Assembly (NCBI GenBank): GCA_965277285.1
Contig: OZ255721.1
Location: 2,368,001 to 2,432,000 of the forward strand
Direction: 5' to 3'
Source of the DNA: Abditibacteriaceae bacterium
Lineage (GTDB): Bacteria > Armatimonadota > Abditibacteriia > Abditibacteriales > Abditibacteriaceae
DNA: 64,000 bases
Shown here: piece by piece, positions 49,600-59,392 of the stretch
Layout of the letters: every line of letters begins with the position of its first letter
How positions within the stretch are numbered: position 1 is the stretch's first letter
Notes under the pieces: generated by a model
What the model was told of the DNA's origin: nothing
Database searches by the model: none
The model's input: the letters and a program-made list of their open reading frames with translations, nothing else
Position numbers and translations under genes: made by a program

Positions 49600-52278
49600 C
49601 TATGGCGCGAACGTGGGACCTGCGACATCGGCAATGCCAAAATCGAGAAATTGACCGCCGCCGGTCTGGTGAACGTGCGCCGCCAGTGTCAAAGGACCCG
49701 GCTTAAACTGTTTCAACGCCAGCGGACTGATAGCGTAGCCTTGATAGCTTCCATTGTAGCTGGAGGCCGTTGTCGCCAATACACCGTTGAAATATACCTC
49801 GGTGTCTTCGTCGTGCTGCAGCCAAACTTGCGGGTTTTTGAAGGAAGCGGCGTTGGCGGGCACCACCGCTTGACGGCGAATCCACAAATCGGCAGTCGTC
49901 CACGGCGTGCGCACGCCACTGACACCGGCACCAAACGGCGCTGGCGCGCTTTGCCAACTCGAATCGTCATAATTCGGGCTAGTCCAATCTCCCACCGGTT
50001 GGGTAATGGTGTAGCGCCAGGTAAATGCCGTCGCCTGTGAAGACGGCACAATGTCCTTCCTGATCGCCGGAATCGGTTGCGGCGCCCAATTTTCGGCGCT
50101 CTTGGAACCGCGCGCCGCCCATTTCTTCCACACCATCATGTCGGTCAGCATCGGCATAAAGAGACCGCCAATGACAGGACGCGCCTTAAATCCGGTTTGC
50201 TTGCCGCTGTCCGTCCAATACCAGTCAGAGAAAGGCACGCGGTCAGGCGTTTCGTTGGCAAAACGATAAACCGGGTCGATAATCGCGTCGAAACTGGCGC
50301 GATCCGTTGCCAACGAAGCCGTCCACACCGACCAGTCGGTTTTCGTGTAGGCCTTGCGGCTATCGAGCGGCAGGCCGTAAGGGTTCAACTTGGTGCGATA
50401 GAACGCCACTTCTTTGGCCACAGCCGCAGCGGGGAACAAGCGCAAATCGAGTACTCGATCCCAAATCAGGTTATATTTCTGGCTCCAGGTGCCGGGATTA
50501 TTGAAAGCCAGGCGGAAATGGTCGCCGTCGTTGGCGCTTTGCACCCAACTGTTGGCGTAACTTTGCGCTATGGCGCGATATTTTTGAGCGTTCGCCTGGT
50601 CGCCTCGCATAGCGCACATTTGCGCATAAGCGCCCAAACCGACAATCGCTTTGGCCGACAGGTTGACGTTGTGCGCGACATGTCCCGCAAAGTCGTCGGT
50701 GGTGAGCTGGTTTTCCGGATTGAAACCTTCTTGCACCAGATAATCCGCCCACTTCGTCAACACTTTCCAATAGGGTTCAGCGAAGCGGACATTGCCTTCG
50801 ATGTGTGCAATCGAGCCGACACACAGCAGCATATTGCCGCATTCTTCGACCGGCATTTGGCCTTCTTCGCCGTTTTCGCCAGCACCATAAGTTTGGCCGG
50901 TCGCCAGTGGATAAGTTCCGACATCGTGCGGCGCGAAAGAAAACTTCCAGCGCCCACTCGACGCATATTGCAACATCGGAATAACCGTCGCTTTGGCCAG
51001 CAAAGGATTGGTCAACAAGAACTGCGGCAACATCGGATAAAACACGTCGGTCGTGCCAATCGAGCCGTTGCTGTTGTTTTCTTTGCAGAACATCAACGGC
51101 TGACCATTCGCATCAGCGATGATTTTGTTGGCCGCCAAACATTGGCGATACGCCAAAGTCGATATGGCCACATACTTCGGGCCGCCACGTTGCAGCGCAT
51201 CGGCCATCATGGAATTATCGAAAGCGACGCAGCGCGCCATAATCGAAGCGTAGTCCAACTCAGCGCGTGGCAAAAGTGTGGCGGGCGTCATTCCATTGCG
51301 ACGCCAGTAAGGACGCATATAACGCCCAAAATAATTGATCGAGTAAATGTCGTCGTAAGCGATCAGCGCGTGTTGTTCGACCGACGCCGCACCAACGCGT
51401 CCCAACGGCAACACCAACGCGGCAGAAATTGCCTCGTCGTTGGCAGCGCGCGGCATCCGCGTGTCATCGGTGCGCGGCAAAGTGCCGTTGGTTACGAAAG
51501 ACGTTTCGCTACTTTCTTCCGACGCTAAAACCGTCTGCGAAGCGCGCGGCGCCGTCAGATAAAGATAACCCCAGTCGATGCGCACATCATCGCCAGCGCG
51601 TCCCAAAACATTTTGTTCTTGCGTTCCAATGCGCATCGCCGTCATGTCACCAGCTTTCTGGCGACCCCACGCAACTTTCTGATCCGGCGAGTTCACGCTC
51701 AATTCGCCGCCCGCGCTGAAATAAGCCGACACCGCGTGCCCACGTCCATCCAGCGAACGAGCGCTCCACGAAACATAAGTGACGGGGCGCGACAAAACTT
51801 CCAAATCGTCGGGCAAGCCGGGCGAAGTAAACGTCAAAACGACTTGAACCTGCGAGTTGGCAAACGTGGCAATGGTTCGCGTCGGCGTCACTTTCAACGT
51901 CGTCTGGCGCATCGCGGGAACGCTGCGCATCGAGTTGCCCAACAAGCGATACGTTTGATTGTCAACGCGAATCAGAGAAGAAAGCGGCTGACGCGCGCCC
52001 GACCAATGACGCGTCGAGTCGTCGGTCAGGCGGTCGGCATTCGACCAAACGCTGAAATAAGGATCGTGTGCAATCAATGGCACCGAAGGTGGACGTAAAT
52101 CCGCCAATGGCACTGAAGGGGGACGTAGATCCGCTACCAGCATCGGCTTCACGTCTCGTGCTACGGCTGATGGTGCGGGAGTCGCCGAGGGCGGTTGCAT
52201 GTAGCGGATTAGTAGCAGGCCAGCTACACATAAAAGGGCAGCCGTAGAAAAAATTGTCGTTGAAGCTTTTGATTTCAT
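49600..52278 (-). CDS. DUF4965/DUF5127 'glutaminase'-family protein with C-terminal beta-sandwich
   Basis: LRPPSVPLIAHDPYFSVWS, KE..SNG..T.DV, APHDVG.YP, MPVEECGN, QLTTDDFAG. Confidence 0.8.
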   Translation of the reverse strand: MKSKASTTIFSTAALLCVAGLLLIRYMQPPSATPAPSAVARDVKPMLVADLRPPSVPLADLRPPSVPLIAHDPYFSVWSNADRLTDDSTRHWSGARQPLSSLIRVDNQTYRLLGNSMRSVPAMRQTTLKVTPTRTIATFANSQVQVVLTFTSPGLPDDLEVLSRPVTYVSWSARSLDGRGHAVSAYFSAGGELSVNSPDQKVAWGRQKAGDMTAMRIGTQEQNVLGRAGDDVRIDWGYLYLTAPRASQTVLASEESSETSFVTNGTLPRTDDTRMPRAANDEAISAALVLPLGRVGAASVEQHALIAYDDIYSINYFGRYMRPYWRRNGMTPATLLPRAELDYASIMARCVAFDNSMMADALQRGGPKYVAISTLAYRQCLAANKIIADANGQPLMFCKENNSNGSIGTTDVFYPMLPQFLLTNPLLAKATVIPMLQYASSGRWKFSFAPHDVGTYPLATGQTYGAGENGEEGQMPVEECGNMLLCVGSIAHIEGNVRFAEPYWKVLTKWADYLVQEGFNPENQLTTDDFAGHVAHNVNLSAKAIVGLGAYAQMCAMRGDQANAQKYRAIAQSYANSWVQSANDGDHFRLAFNNPGTWSQKYNLIWDRVLDLRLFPAAAVAKEVAFYRTKLNPYGLPLDSRKAYTKTDWSVWTASLATDRASFDAIIDPVYRFANETPDRVPFSDWYWTDSGKQTGFKARPVIGGLFMPMLTDMMVWKKWAARGSKSAENWAPQPIPAIRKDIVPSSQATAFTWRYTITQPVGDWTSPNYDDSSWQSAPAPFGAGVSGVRTPWTTADLWIRRQAVVPANAASFKNPQVWLQHDEDTEVYFNGVLATTASSYNGSYQGYAISPLALKQFKPGPLTLAAHVHQTGGGQFLDFGIADVAGPTFAP

Positions 52279-52477
52279 AAATTTGCTCGTTCCCTGCTGT
52301 CACCATAACTGCCTCTGGGAACTTTGAGATCGCTATTTGCTACGAAAATTTCGTGGGAGCACAAAGTGTAAAGCTACAAAAAGCATGAGCCGCGAGGGCG
52401 ACTTCAAGATTGTGCAAAGTTTAGGTTATCGCACGATTTTACATATAAAGTTCGTCCCTTGCAACTTAAAACAAAGA

Positions 52478-52518
52478 GCGGCCCATCGAGTATTCAATTC
52501 GAGTACTCGATGGGCCGC
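52478..52518. repeat. Hairpin built on two tandem iterated-palindrome copies
   Basis: GCGGCCCA-TCGAGTATTCAA-T-TCGAGTACTCGA-TGGGCCGC. Confidence 0.88.
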
Positions 52519-52534
52519 AGAACAATCGTTGAAG

Positions 52535-55273
52535 TTACACGGCCTGCACCACGATCTGCGAAAACGCAGCGTTTGTTTTCCCGGGATCGCCACTGTATTG
52601 GCGCACGCCGATGGCGCCTTCAGCAAAGGTCGCGTCCTGAACATCAATGATTGGCGTCACGGCGTCATCAATCCAGACGCGCAATTGTGCGCCGCGCGCT
52701 TCGACACGAACACGGTACACCTGATTCGCCTTAATTTCACGCTTGACGTGCATCAACGAAGTCCATTGTCCACTGGATCGTCCCAGTTCAACGATGCCAT
52801 CGGCGGCGCTCAATCCCACATAATAACCGTTATAAGCGTCGGCTCCCAGCGAAGGTTTGCTGACGCGAAACATTAGTCCGGCATTTCCTACAGCGCCCAC
52901 CGAAACACGCGCATTGTAAGTAAAATCGGCGAAGCGCGTCTTCGTCGCAACAGCTTTGATGCCTTGCAAACCAGCACTCGAGGAGGGACGCAACTCGCCA
53001 TCGCGCGCAAACCAGCCGCCGCCATAAACAACCCAGTCATCGAGATGACCATCGGATAAATGATCGCGGAACTCGCGGTCGCGCGGGCGCACCTTTGCAC
53101 CAATCGCTGGGAAATTGGTGATGCGCAACATTTGCGAGCCAAACGGCACCAGCGTGATAATTTCCGCTGCTGTCGCCGCAACAACCGGACTGACCGGCGG
53201 ATCGAAGGCGACTTTGCCGCTCCACGCCATCGTCCAATCGGGAATCTTTTTCGCCTGCACCTGCAATTTAACGGGAGAATTTTCGAAAGGATTGCCCGAC
53301 GGCGCCGTCTGCTGCACCTTGAACGCCGCACCCGGATTGCGCTCATCGAACATCAAGCCGTAATTCCAAGCGGATTGTGGCCTGATCTCGAAAGACTCGA
53401 AGCCGACCTTTTTACCGTTGTCCCAGGCGTCCCATTTTTCCTTGATCGGCAACGAGTACACGAGCGGCCCGCGACGCACCGAAACCGAATCGTTGACGCC
53501 GCGCAGCACGCGAACCGTCATCGGAAAGCGCACCACGACCTGATCGCCAGGCTTCCATTCGCGGTTAATCACCGCGAAAGTTCCCGGCGTAATGCCACTT
53601 TGCAACTTTCCATTGACGGAAACCGAAGGCTTGTCGCACCAGGCGGGAATGCGCAACGAGAGCGGGAAGGAAACTTTCTGCGGCGCATCGAATTTCAAGC
53701 GAATCGTGTCTTCAAACGGGTAACTGGTTTCGGCCACAAAGGAAACGCGCGTGCCCTGATTGCCGACGGGAGCCGTGACCTGTGAGGGCACATACGCCAT
53801 GATCGCCAGGCCTTTGTCGCGCGTCGCCGCCCAGCTATTTTGCGCAAGTTTCGGCCAGCCCATGTGGAAATTGTAGCAGCAGCATGGATAACCCGAACGC
53901 GGCGCAGGCGTGCGAGCATCATCATAATCCTGGTTGTAGCCGACGCCGCCGCGAATCGCCATGACGTTGTTGGGCAAAGTGAAATAAACGTGTTGGCGGA
54001 TGCTTCGCGTGGTCGCCGCAGGCAAGCCGTTGAATGCGACCATTTCCAGGTTATCGCCGATGGTGGCATCGCCCAAAATGCATAGCGCGGTTTCATCGGA
54101 CAACATGCGTTCGACTATCGAGCACAACTCGGCGCCCTCAGTCGAACTGACACCAGCCAAAAACTCGGTTCCCGAAGACATCCCGAACGCCAAACCATGA
54201 TCGCGGTTCAGGTTGGCCACGCCCGCCTGAAAAGCCTGTCGGTCGGCGGAATCGTGGGAACGCTGCCAATAGACTGGCGGCATCTTGAGCGCTTGCGGCA
54301 CGTTCACGTTGTGCTTGGGCTGATAATCGTCACCATATTCCAAGAAGGTGTCTTTGGTGAAGATTTCGCGCCACGGATACGCCTGCTCGTGCAACATATC
54401 GGCAAGCGGCAGCAACCAGGCATCGCCAGTGCGGTTGTAAAGCCAGAAAATGGTGTCGATTTCGTCACCGGCGCGCGAACGTGCCCAATCGCGCAGCGGA
54501 CGCGCCGCCAGATGATCCGCCATGTAACGATAATAACGCGTCATAAATGGCACCACGCGCGGGTCGTTAGTGGCTTCAGCGTAATCGCGCAACACGTAAT
54601 TCGCCACAATGCGCGGCCACCAATCGTCGTTTTGCTTGGGGCCGAAAAAACCGTCCGCGCGCTGGCTGCCCAGCATCCAATCGATCCATTTTTGCGCTTT
54701 GGCTTTCAAAGCCGGATCGTCCAACGTGTAGGCCAAAGGCACCAAACCCTTGACGTAATATGGCCCTTTTTCCCAGTTCTCGCCCGTTCCGCCCAACCAT
54801 CCGCTATTTGGCCCGACATCGGGCAACACTTCTTCGGCGTGTCCCGTCAGCCCGTCGCGCTGCAATTGCAATTGTGTCAAAAGCCAGCCGCGCGCCCGAA
54901 TGCTACCCAACGGCAAAGCATGAAACGGCACGTCTTCCAGCGCCAGTGGTACCAATCGAGTACTCGATGTCGCGTTCGCCGCTGCGCCAGACGCTGTTGT
55001 CCCAGCCGCTGATGCTCCAGTTGTTGATGATGTTGCAGCAGACGCGTTCGCACCCGCATCGCCACGCCAGGGAACACAACTCGCCATCCAGAAAGCGCCG
55101 ACCATGCCCGCTGCACTGCGCGCCACAAATTGACGGCGCGATAATGAGGATGCGTCAGCGGAAGGCGCGTCAGCGGAAGGCGCGTCAGCGGAAGGCGCGT
55201 CAGCGGAAGGCGCGTCAGCGGAAGGTATATTCAAGGGGGATTCTGGCTTGTTCTCAGACGGTTTCTTTGACAT
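52535..55273 (-). CDS. Tat-exported beta-L-arabinofuranosidase-like glycosidase (GH127/GH146) with C-terminal DUF1080-like domain
   Basis: SRRQF Tat motif; ELCSIVE, YPCCCYN, ETSYPF, RGPLVY. Confidence 0.82.
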   Translation of the reverse strand: MSKKPSENKPESPLNIPSADAPSADAPSADAPSADAPSADASSLSRRQFVARSAAGMVGAFWMASCVPWRGDAGANASAATSSTTGASAAGTTASGAAANATSSTRLVPLALEDVPFHALPLGSIRARGWLLTQLQLQRDGLTGHAEEVLPDVGPNSGWLGGTGENWEKGPYYVKGLVPLAYTLDDPALKAKAQKWIDWMLGSQRADGFFGPKQNDDWWPRIVANYVLRDYAEATNDPRVVPFMTRYYRYMADHLAARPLRDWARSRAGDEIDTIFWLYNRTGDAWLLPLADMLHEQAYPWREIFTKDTFLEYGDDYQPKHNVNVPQALKMPPVYWQRSHDSADRQAFQAGVANLNRDHGLAFGMSSGTEFLAGVSSTEGAELCSIVERMLSDETALCILGDATIGDNLEMVAFNGLPAATTRSIRQHVYFTLPNNVMAIRGGVGYNQDYDDARTPAPRSGYPCCCYNFHMGWPKLAQNSWAATRDKGLAIMAYVPSQVTAPVGNQGTRVSFVAETSYPFEDTIRLKFDAPQKVSFPLSLRIPAWCDKPSVSVNGKLQSGITPGTFAVINREWKPGDQVVVRFPMTVRVLRGVNDSVSVRRGPLVYSLPIKEKWDAWDNGKKVGFESFEIRPQSAWNYGLMFDERNPGAAFKVQQTAPSGNPFENSPVKLQVQAKKIPDWTMAWSGKVAFDPPVSPVVAATAAEIITLVPFGSQMLRITNFPAIGAKVRPRDREFRDHLSDGHLDDWVVYGGGWFARDGELRPSSSAGLQGIKAVATKTRFADFTYNARVSVGAVGNAGLMFRVSKPSLGADAYNGYYVGLSAADGIVELGRSSGQWTSLMHVKREIKANQVYRVRVEARGAQLRVWIDDAVTPIIDVQDATFAEGAIGVRQYSGDPGKTNAAFSQIVVQAV
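55152..55225. repeat. 15-bp tandem repeat x5 encoding PSADA
   Basis: GCGTCAGCGGAAGGC repeated in the N-terminus of the glycosidase gene. Confidence 0.95.
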
Positions 55274-55687
55274 CGGGCCACCTTCCGTAAAAGGAAATTC
55301 TTTCAACTGTGCAAGTTGGATAACAGACAATGCGGACAAACCAGCACATCGCCAGAGAACTGTATTGACCTTCAACAGAAAGACGATTCACATTGCGAAA
55401 TCGTCGGTATCTTCTGCGTTTTTCAAGGCAGGAAGCACAGCAAGAACGAAGTGCGGCCACGCGAATTTTTAAGGTTTACAGAATGTTGGTTGACTGCGCG
55501 CAGGGGGTTTTAATGCAAACAAGTATAACTTTGCCCTCATGCTGCCGCTATAAACAGGTAGTGATAAAGCATATGCAACAGCACTATCCATTATTCAGGT
55601 CATCGGACGAAAAACAAACATTTGCAAAGGCGATTTTTGAAGGGCGCGGTTACGCGTTGCAGCGGTAACGCCTTTCAAAAGAGCGGT

Positions 55688-56005
55688 TCAGAACATTGGT
55701 TCGTCGCGTTGCAAAGTGCTTTGGCTGATACGCGCGCGAATTTCGTCTTCGTCGCGTTCTTCCTTGAGGACTTGATAAAACTCGTGGCGCGCGGTTTTGC
55801 TGATAACGGGCGGCGGAACTTCCAATACTTCGACTTCGACTGTTTTGAAGCCGTAATTGATGCGCAAAACGTCGTGACGCCGAATTTCGTCGCCAGCGTG
55901 CGCCGTTTTGCCGTTACGACCGATTTTATCGGCATCGCACATCGCTTTGGCGACCGGACGCCGCTTGACTAAACCGGTTTGCTTGAGAAAAAAATCGAGA
56001 CGCAT
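55688..56005 (-). CDS. S4 RNA-binding domain protein (YabO/RqcP/Hsp15-like)
   Basis: MRLDFFLK...VKRRPVAK.MC..NGK.A. Confidence 0.88.
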   Translation of the reverse strand: MRLDFFLKQTGLVKRRPVAKAMCDADKIGRNGKTAHAGDEIRRHDVLRINYGFKTVEVEVLEVPPPVISKTARHEFYQVLKEERDEDEIRARISQSTLQRDEPMF

Positions 56006-56167
56006 AGCGTTAGTTTATCGTTAGGTGGCTTGGACGTGTGAAAGAGCAGAACACGTCACAACGTTCAACTTTTGCACTCGCCGCATAGCGCAGAAGCACG
56101 TTTTATGAAATAATCAAGGCATCTTTTCCACGCTTTTCCGCCTCTTTTGACCACTTCTCCTACCATA

Positions 56168-57634
56168 ATGAGTACTCGAATTCGGGCGCGCCTTTTGATG
56201 TGCCTTTCGCTGTCTGTTGCGGGCGCGATTATCGTTCCCGCGCGCGCTTTTGTCCCAGCGCCTTTGTTTCCCATGTCGCAGATTTCGCTGCGCGTTTTAC
56301 CCAATGGCGTCCGTTCGATTGTCAAAGAAGCGCACGGTTCGGGCATTGTCGCCGTGCAGGTCTGGGTGCGCGCCGGAAGTCGTCACGAGTTTTCCGATCA
56401 GGGCGGCGCGGCGCACTTGATGGGCGTCGCGTGCTTGAACGCTTCGGGCCAATATTCGCTGGAAAGCGGTGGCGCGACCAACGCGATTCGCGGTTTGGGC
56501 GGCACGGCGTTTTCGCAGACAACGCGCGATTCGACGAACTTTGGCGCAACGGCTGCGCAACCTTACGCGGAAAACGCCATTCGCATTTTAGCCGACGCCG
56601 TGCTGCATCCCGACTTGTCGGACGCAGCGCTGGCAGCGGCCAAAAACATCGCGCGCAATGACATTCAAGCGCGCGACAGCGACGCACTGACCGTGGCTTC
56701 CGATTTATCTTACCAATCGGCTTTCAAATCGCATCCTTATCGTCGTTCGCCATTGGGACAAAGCGCCGACATCGACACCATCGACGCGTCGAAGCTGCGC
56801 GCCTTCGATCTCGAACGCTATACGGGCGCCAACATCAGTGTCGTTGTGGTCGGTGATATTTCCGTCGAACGCGCGCAAACTTTGGTCGCGCGCTACTTTG
56901 CGGAAGCGCCGCGCGCCCGAACCGATGCGCGCACGCAGTTCGGCACGCCCGAAAATGGGCCATTTGTCGGACGCACGATTCGCCGCACAGGAAACGTAAC
57001 GCGTCCCGCCATTGCGCTTTCGTTTCGCGCGCCAGGCATTGATGCGCCAAGCGATGTCGTAACGATGGACGTTCTGCTTTCGCACTGGAACGAAGGCAGC
57101 GACGCCGTTTTGCGCCGCGCTTTATTGGGTGATACGGAATTGGGTAATGCGGACGCTTCGAGCGATACTTCGAGTACTGGAAATGCGGATGCGACAGCGC
57201 CGCCGCCCGCTCTGGCTCTCGACATCTCGTTTTTGACCCAGCGCGATCCGAGTTTGGTCACGTTTACGCTGGTTACAGAACCAACGCAGGCGGCGCGTGC
57301 CGTGCGCACGATTTACGAACAAATCGCGCGCGTGCAAACGAGCAGCATCACGCCGCTGCAACTGGAACGTGCCAAGCGCGCACTGCGCCGCCAATATGTC
57401 GCGCAAGACGAAACCGCTGCTGGTCAGGCAGGCGCACTGGGATTTTACGATATGATCGGTTCTTACGACTTTGGAGCGACTTACCTTGACCGCATCAATC
57501 GCGTGACGCTGGCCGACATCAAGCGCGTGGCGACCAAATATTTTGTATTGTCTTCGCCGCTGGCGATTTTGATTCAGCCCGAACCCAAGCCTCAAGCGCC
57601 ACAAAATCCCGACGACAACGGAGTGAACGCCTGA
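56168..57634 (+). CDS. M16 peptidase-fold protein lacking HXXEH
   Basis: LPNGV, VWVRAGS..E, G.AHLMGV in place of HXXEH, T..D.T, HPY, VVVGD. Confidence 0.8.
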   Translation: MSTRIRARLLMCLSLSVAGAIIVPARAFVPAPLFPMSQISLRVLPNGVRSIVKEAHGSGIVAVQVWVRAGSRHEFSDQGGAAHLMGVACLNASGQYSLESGGATNAIRGLGGTAFSQTTRDSTNFGATAAQPYAENAIRILADAVLHPDLSDAALAAAKNIARNDIQARDSDALTVASDLSYQSAFKSHPYRRSPLGQSADIDTIDASKLRAFDLERYTGANISVVVVGDISVERAQTLVARYFAEAPRARTDARTQFGTPENGPFVGRTIRRTGNVTRPAIALSFRAPGIDAPSDVVTMDVLLSHWNEGSDAVLRRALLGDTELGNADASSDTSSTGNADATAPPPALALDISFLTQRDPSLVTFTLVTEPTQAARAVRTIYEQIARVQTSSITPLQLERAKRALRRQYVAQDETAAGQAGALGFYDMIGSYDFGATYLDRINRVTLADIKRVATKYFVLSSPLAILIQPEPKPQAPQNPDDNGVNA

Positions 57635-59238
57635 TGAAATTCCCTCCAAAAACTGCGCCTTTTTACTTCGTCGCGTGCAGCTTTCTCGCGCTCACCGTTC
57701 CAACTCTGGCTGACGTTCCAAGTTCGCCAAATGCAAGCTCTTCTACGGCAACATCGAGTACTGGAATTTCAAGTACGACTTCATCCGTCGCAACGTCTTC
57801 CGCACCAATTTCTGGCGCGCCTGCTGCCAATGCAACTGCGAATGCCGCAACGATGGATGCTTCGTCCGCGCCCTTGACTTTTGCGACCGCGCCCGCTTTG
57901 ACCAACGCCGGATTAATCAAGCGCAGCGTTTTGAGCAACGGCCTGACTTTGGTAATGCAAACCGACCGCACCAGCCCGCGCGTCTCGATTTCGCTTTTAG
58001 TTCGCGCCAGTGCCGCCGATGAAACGCCGCAAACCGCGGGATGGCGACGTTTGCTGGCCGAAGCGACTGTGCGCGCGACGCAACAAAACGGCGCGACGCA
58101 ATCGTTCGCGGCGATCAATCGCCAGGCGGCAGAGTTGGGCGGACAATTGGGCGCCAGTGTCAGCGACGACGCGATTGAGTTTTCCGTGACGGGCGAAAGC
58201 CAGAACGCCAACGCCCTGCTCGATTTGTTGCTTCGCATCTTGCGCTCGCCACGTTTATCAGAAGACGATGTTCAAGCCGCACGACAAATTTTGACGGCAC
58301 GCCGCGACGCAACTTCCGATGATGTGACGACTATCGCAACCAATGCTCTGGGCGCGCAACTTTTCCGCGACAGCGCCGGTCAACCTCTCGCTTATGGTTT
58401 GCCGACGTTAGGCACGACAAGCTCACTAAACAGCTTGAACGCGGCGCAACTGCGCACTTTGCGAAGCCGGTTTTTTCAAACCGATCACATCATGGTGGGC
58501 GCGGCGGGCGATCTGGACGAAGTGAACTTGCGCGCGCATCTGGAAGCGTTGAGTTTGCCCGGTGGATTGCCCACGGGCACGGCGGAAACACCGCCAGCTT
58601 TCGCCGAGCGCGCGCCCTCGAAACCCATTGTCATTCCTCAGGTTTCTATCGTTCCTGGCGACTGGGTTTTCGTGTCTTATCGTTTGGGTCGCGCGGATGA
58701 CGCCGATGCGCCCTCACTGGCGGTTTTAGTGGCCGCGCTGGGAGCGTCACCTAATGCGACTTTGTCGAAACGATTGTTGCTGACAACTTCGAGTACTCGA
58801 ATCGACAAAACTTCGCCAAATGCGACACCGCCAAATGCCATATCAAGTGCGACGCAGCCGTTGGCGCAACAAGCATCTGCGGCTCTCACGCCGCGTCGTT
58901 TTGGCGGCGACCTGACGATTTTCGCGCTGACCGGCGGTGGCACGGCGGAACAATTGCGCCAGACGATTGTGGACGAAGCCAAACGTTTGCGCGATGCGCC
59001 ACTTGGCGAAAACGAATTAAACGCTGCGCGCCGTTATGCGATTGGCGATTGGATGACCAGCGGCGAAGCGTTGCACGATCGCGCTTTTCGCCTGGCGTCG
59101 GACGAATCGCTGGGCGTCGCACAGCCAAACGTGACGTGGCCAGTGCGCTTGCAAAATGTGACAGCGGACAACGTGCAGCGCGTCGCAGCGCAATATCTCA
59201 TGAACGAAACTACGATTATCATCCATGCCACAAGTTAA
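57634..59238 (+). CDS. M16 peptidase-fold protein, non-catalytic partner
   Basis: LSNGL, VRAS..DE..AGWRRLLAE, AAGD, VTADNVQRVAAQYL; coupled TGATG. Confidence 0.75.
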   Translation: MKFPPKTAPFYFVACSFLALTVPTLADVPSSPNASSSTATSSTGISSTTSSVATSSAPISGAPAANATANAATMDASSAPLTFATAPALTNAGLIKRSVLSNGLTLVMQTDRTSPRVSISLLVRASAADETPQTAGWRRLLAEATVRATQQNGATQSFAAINRQAAELGGQLGASVSDDAIEFSVTGESQNANALLDLLLRILRSPRLSEDDVQAARQILTARRDATSDDVTTIATNALGAQLFRDSAGQPLAYGLPTLGTTSSLNSLNAAQLRTLRSRFFQTDHIMVGAAGDLDEVNLRAHLEALSLPGGLPTGTAETPPAFAERAPSKPIVIPQVSIVPGDWVFVSYRLGRADDADAPSLAVLVAALGASPNATLSKRLLLTTSSTRIDKTSPNATPPNAISSATQPLAQQASAALTPRRFGGDLTIFALTGGGTAEQLRQTIVDEAKRLRDAPLGENELNAARRYAIGDWMTSGEALHDRAFRLASDESLGVAQPNVTWPVRLQNVTADNVQRVAAQYLMNETTIIIHATS

Positions 59239-59392
59239 AGGCGTGTATTCGTCATATCAAGTACTCGAAAGTTACGCTGGTGTCTTCTCGTAAACCGAGA
59301 AGACAAAAACGTGTCATTGCGAGAACGACGCGATGAAAGTTCCTTCCATCTTTGCTTTTTCAGCGAGAAAGAGCCGCATTTGAGAACGAAAA

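Noticed and set aside
55152..55225. PSADA repeat as a phase-variation switch
   Set aside because: The unit is 15 bp, so copy-number change keeps the frame; it only alters linker length
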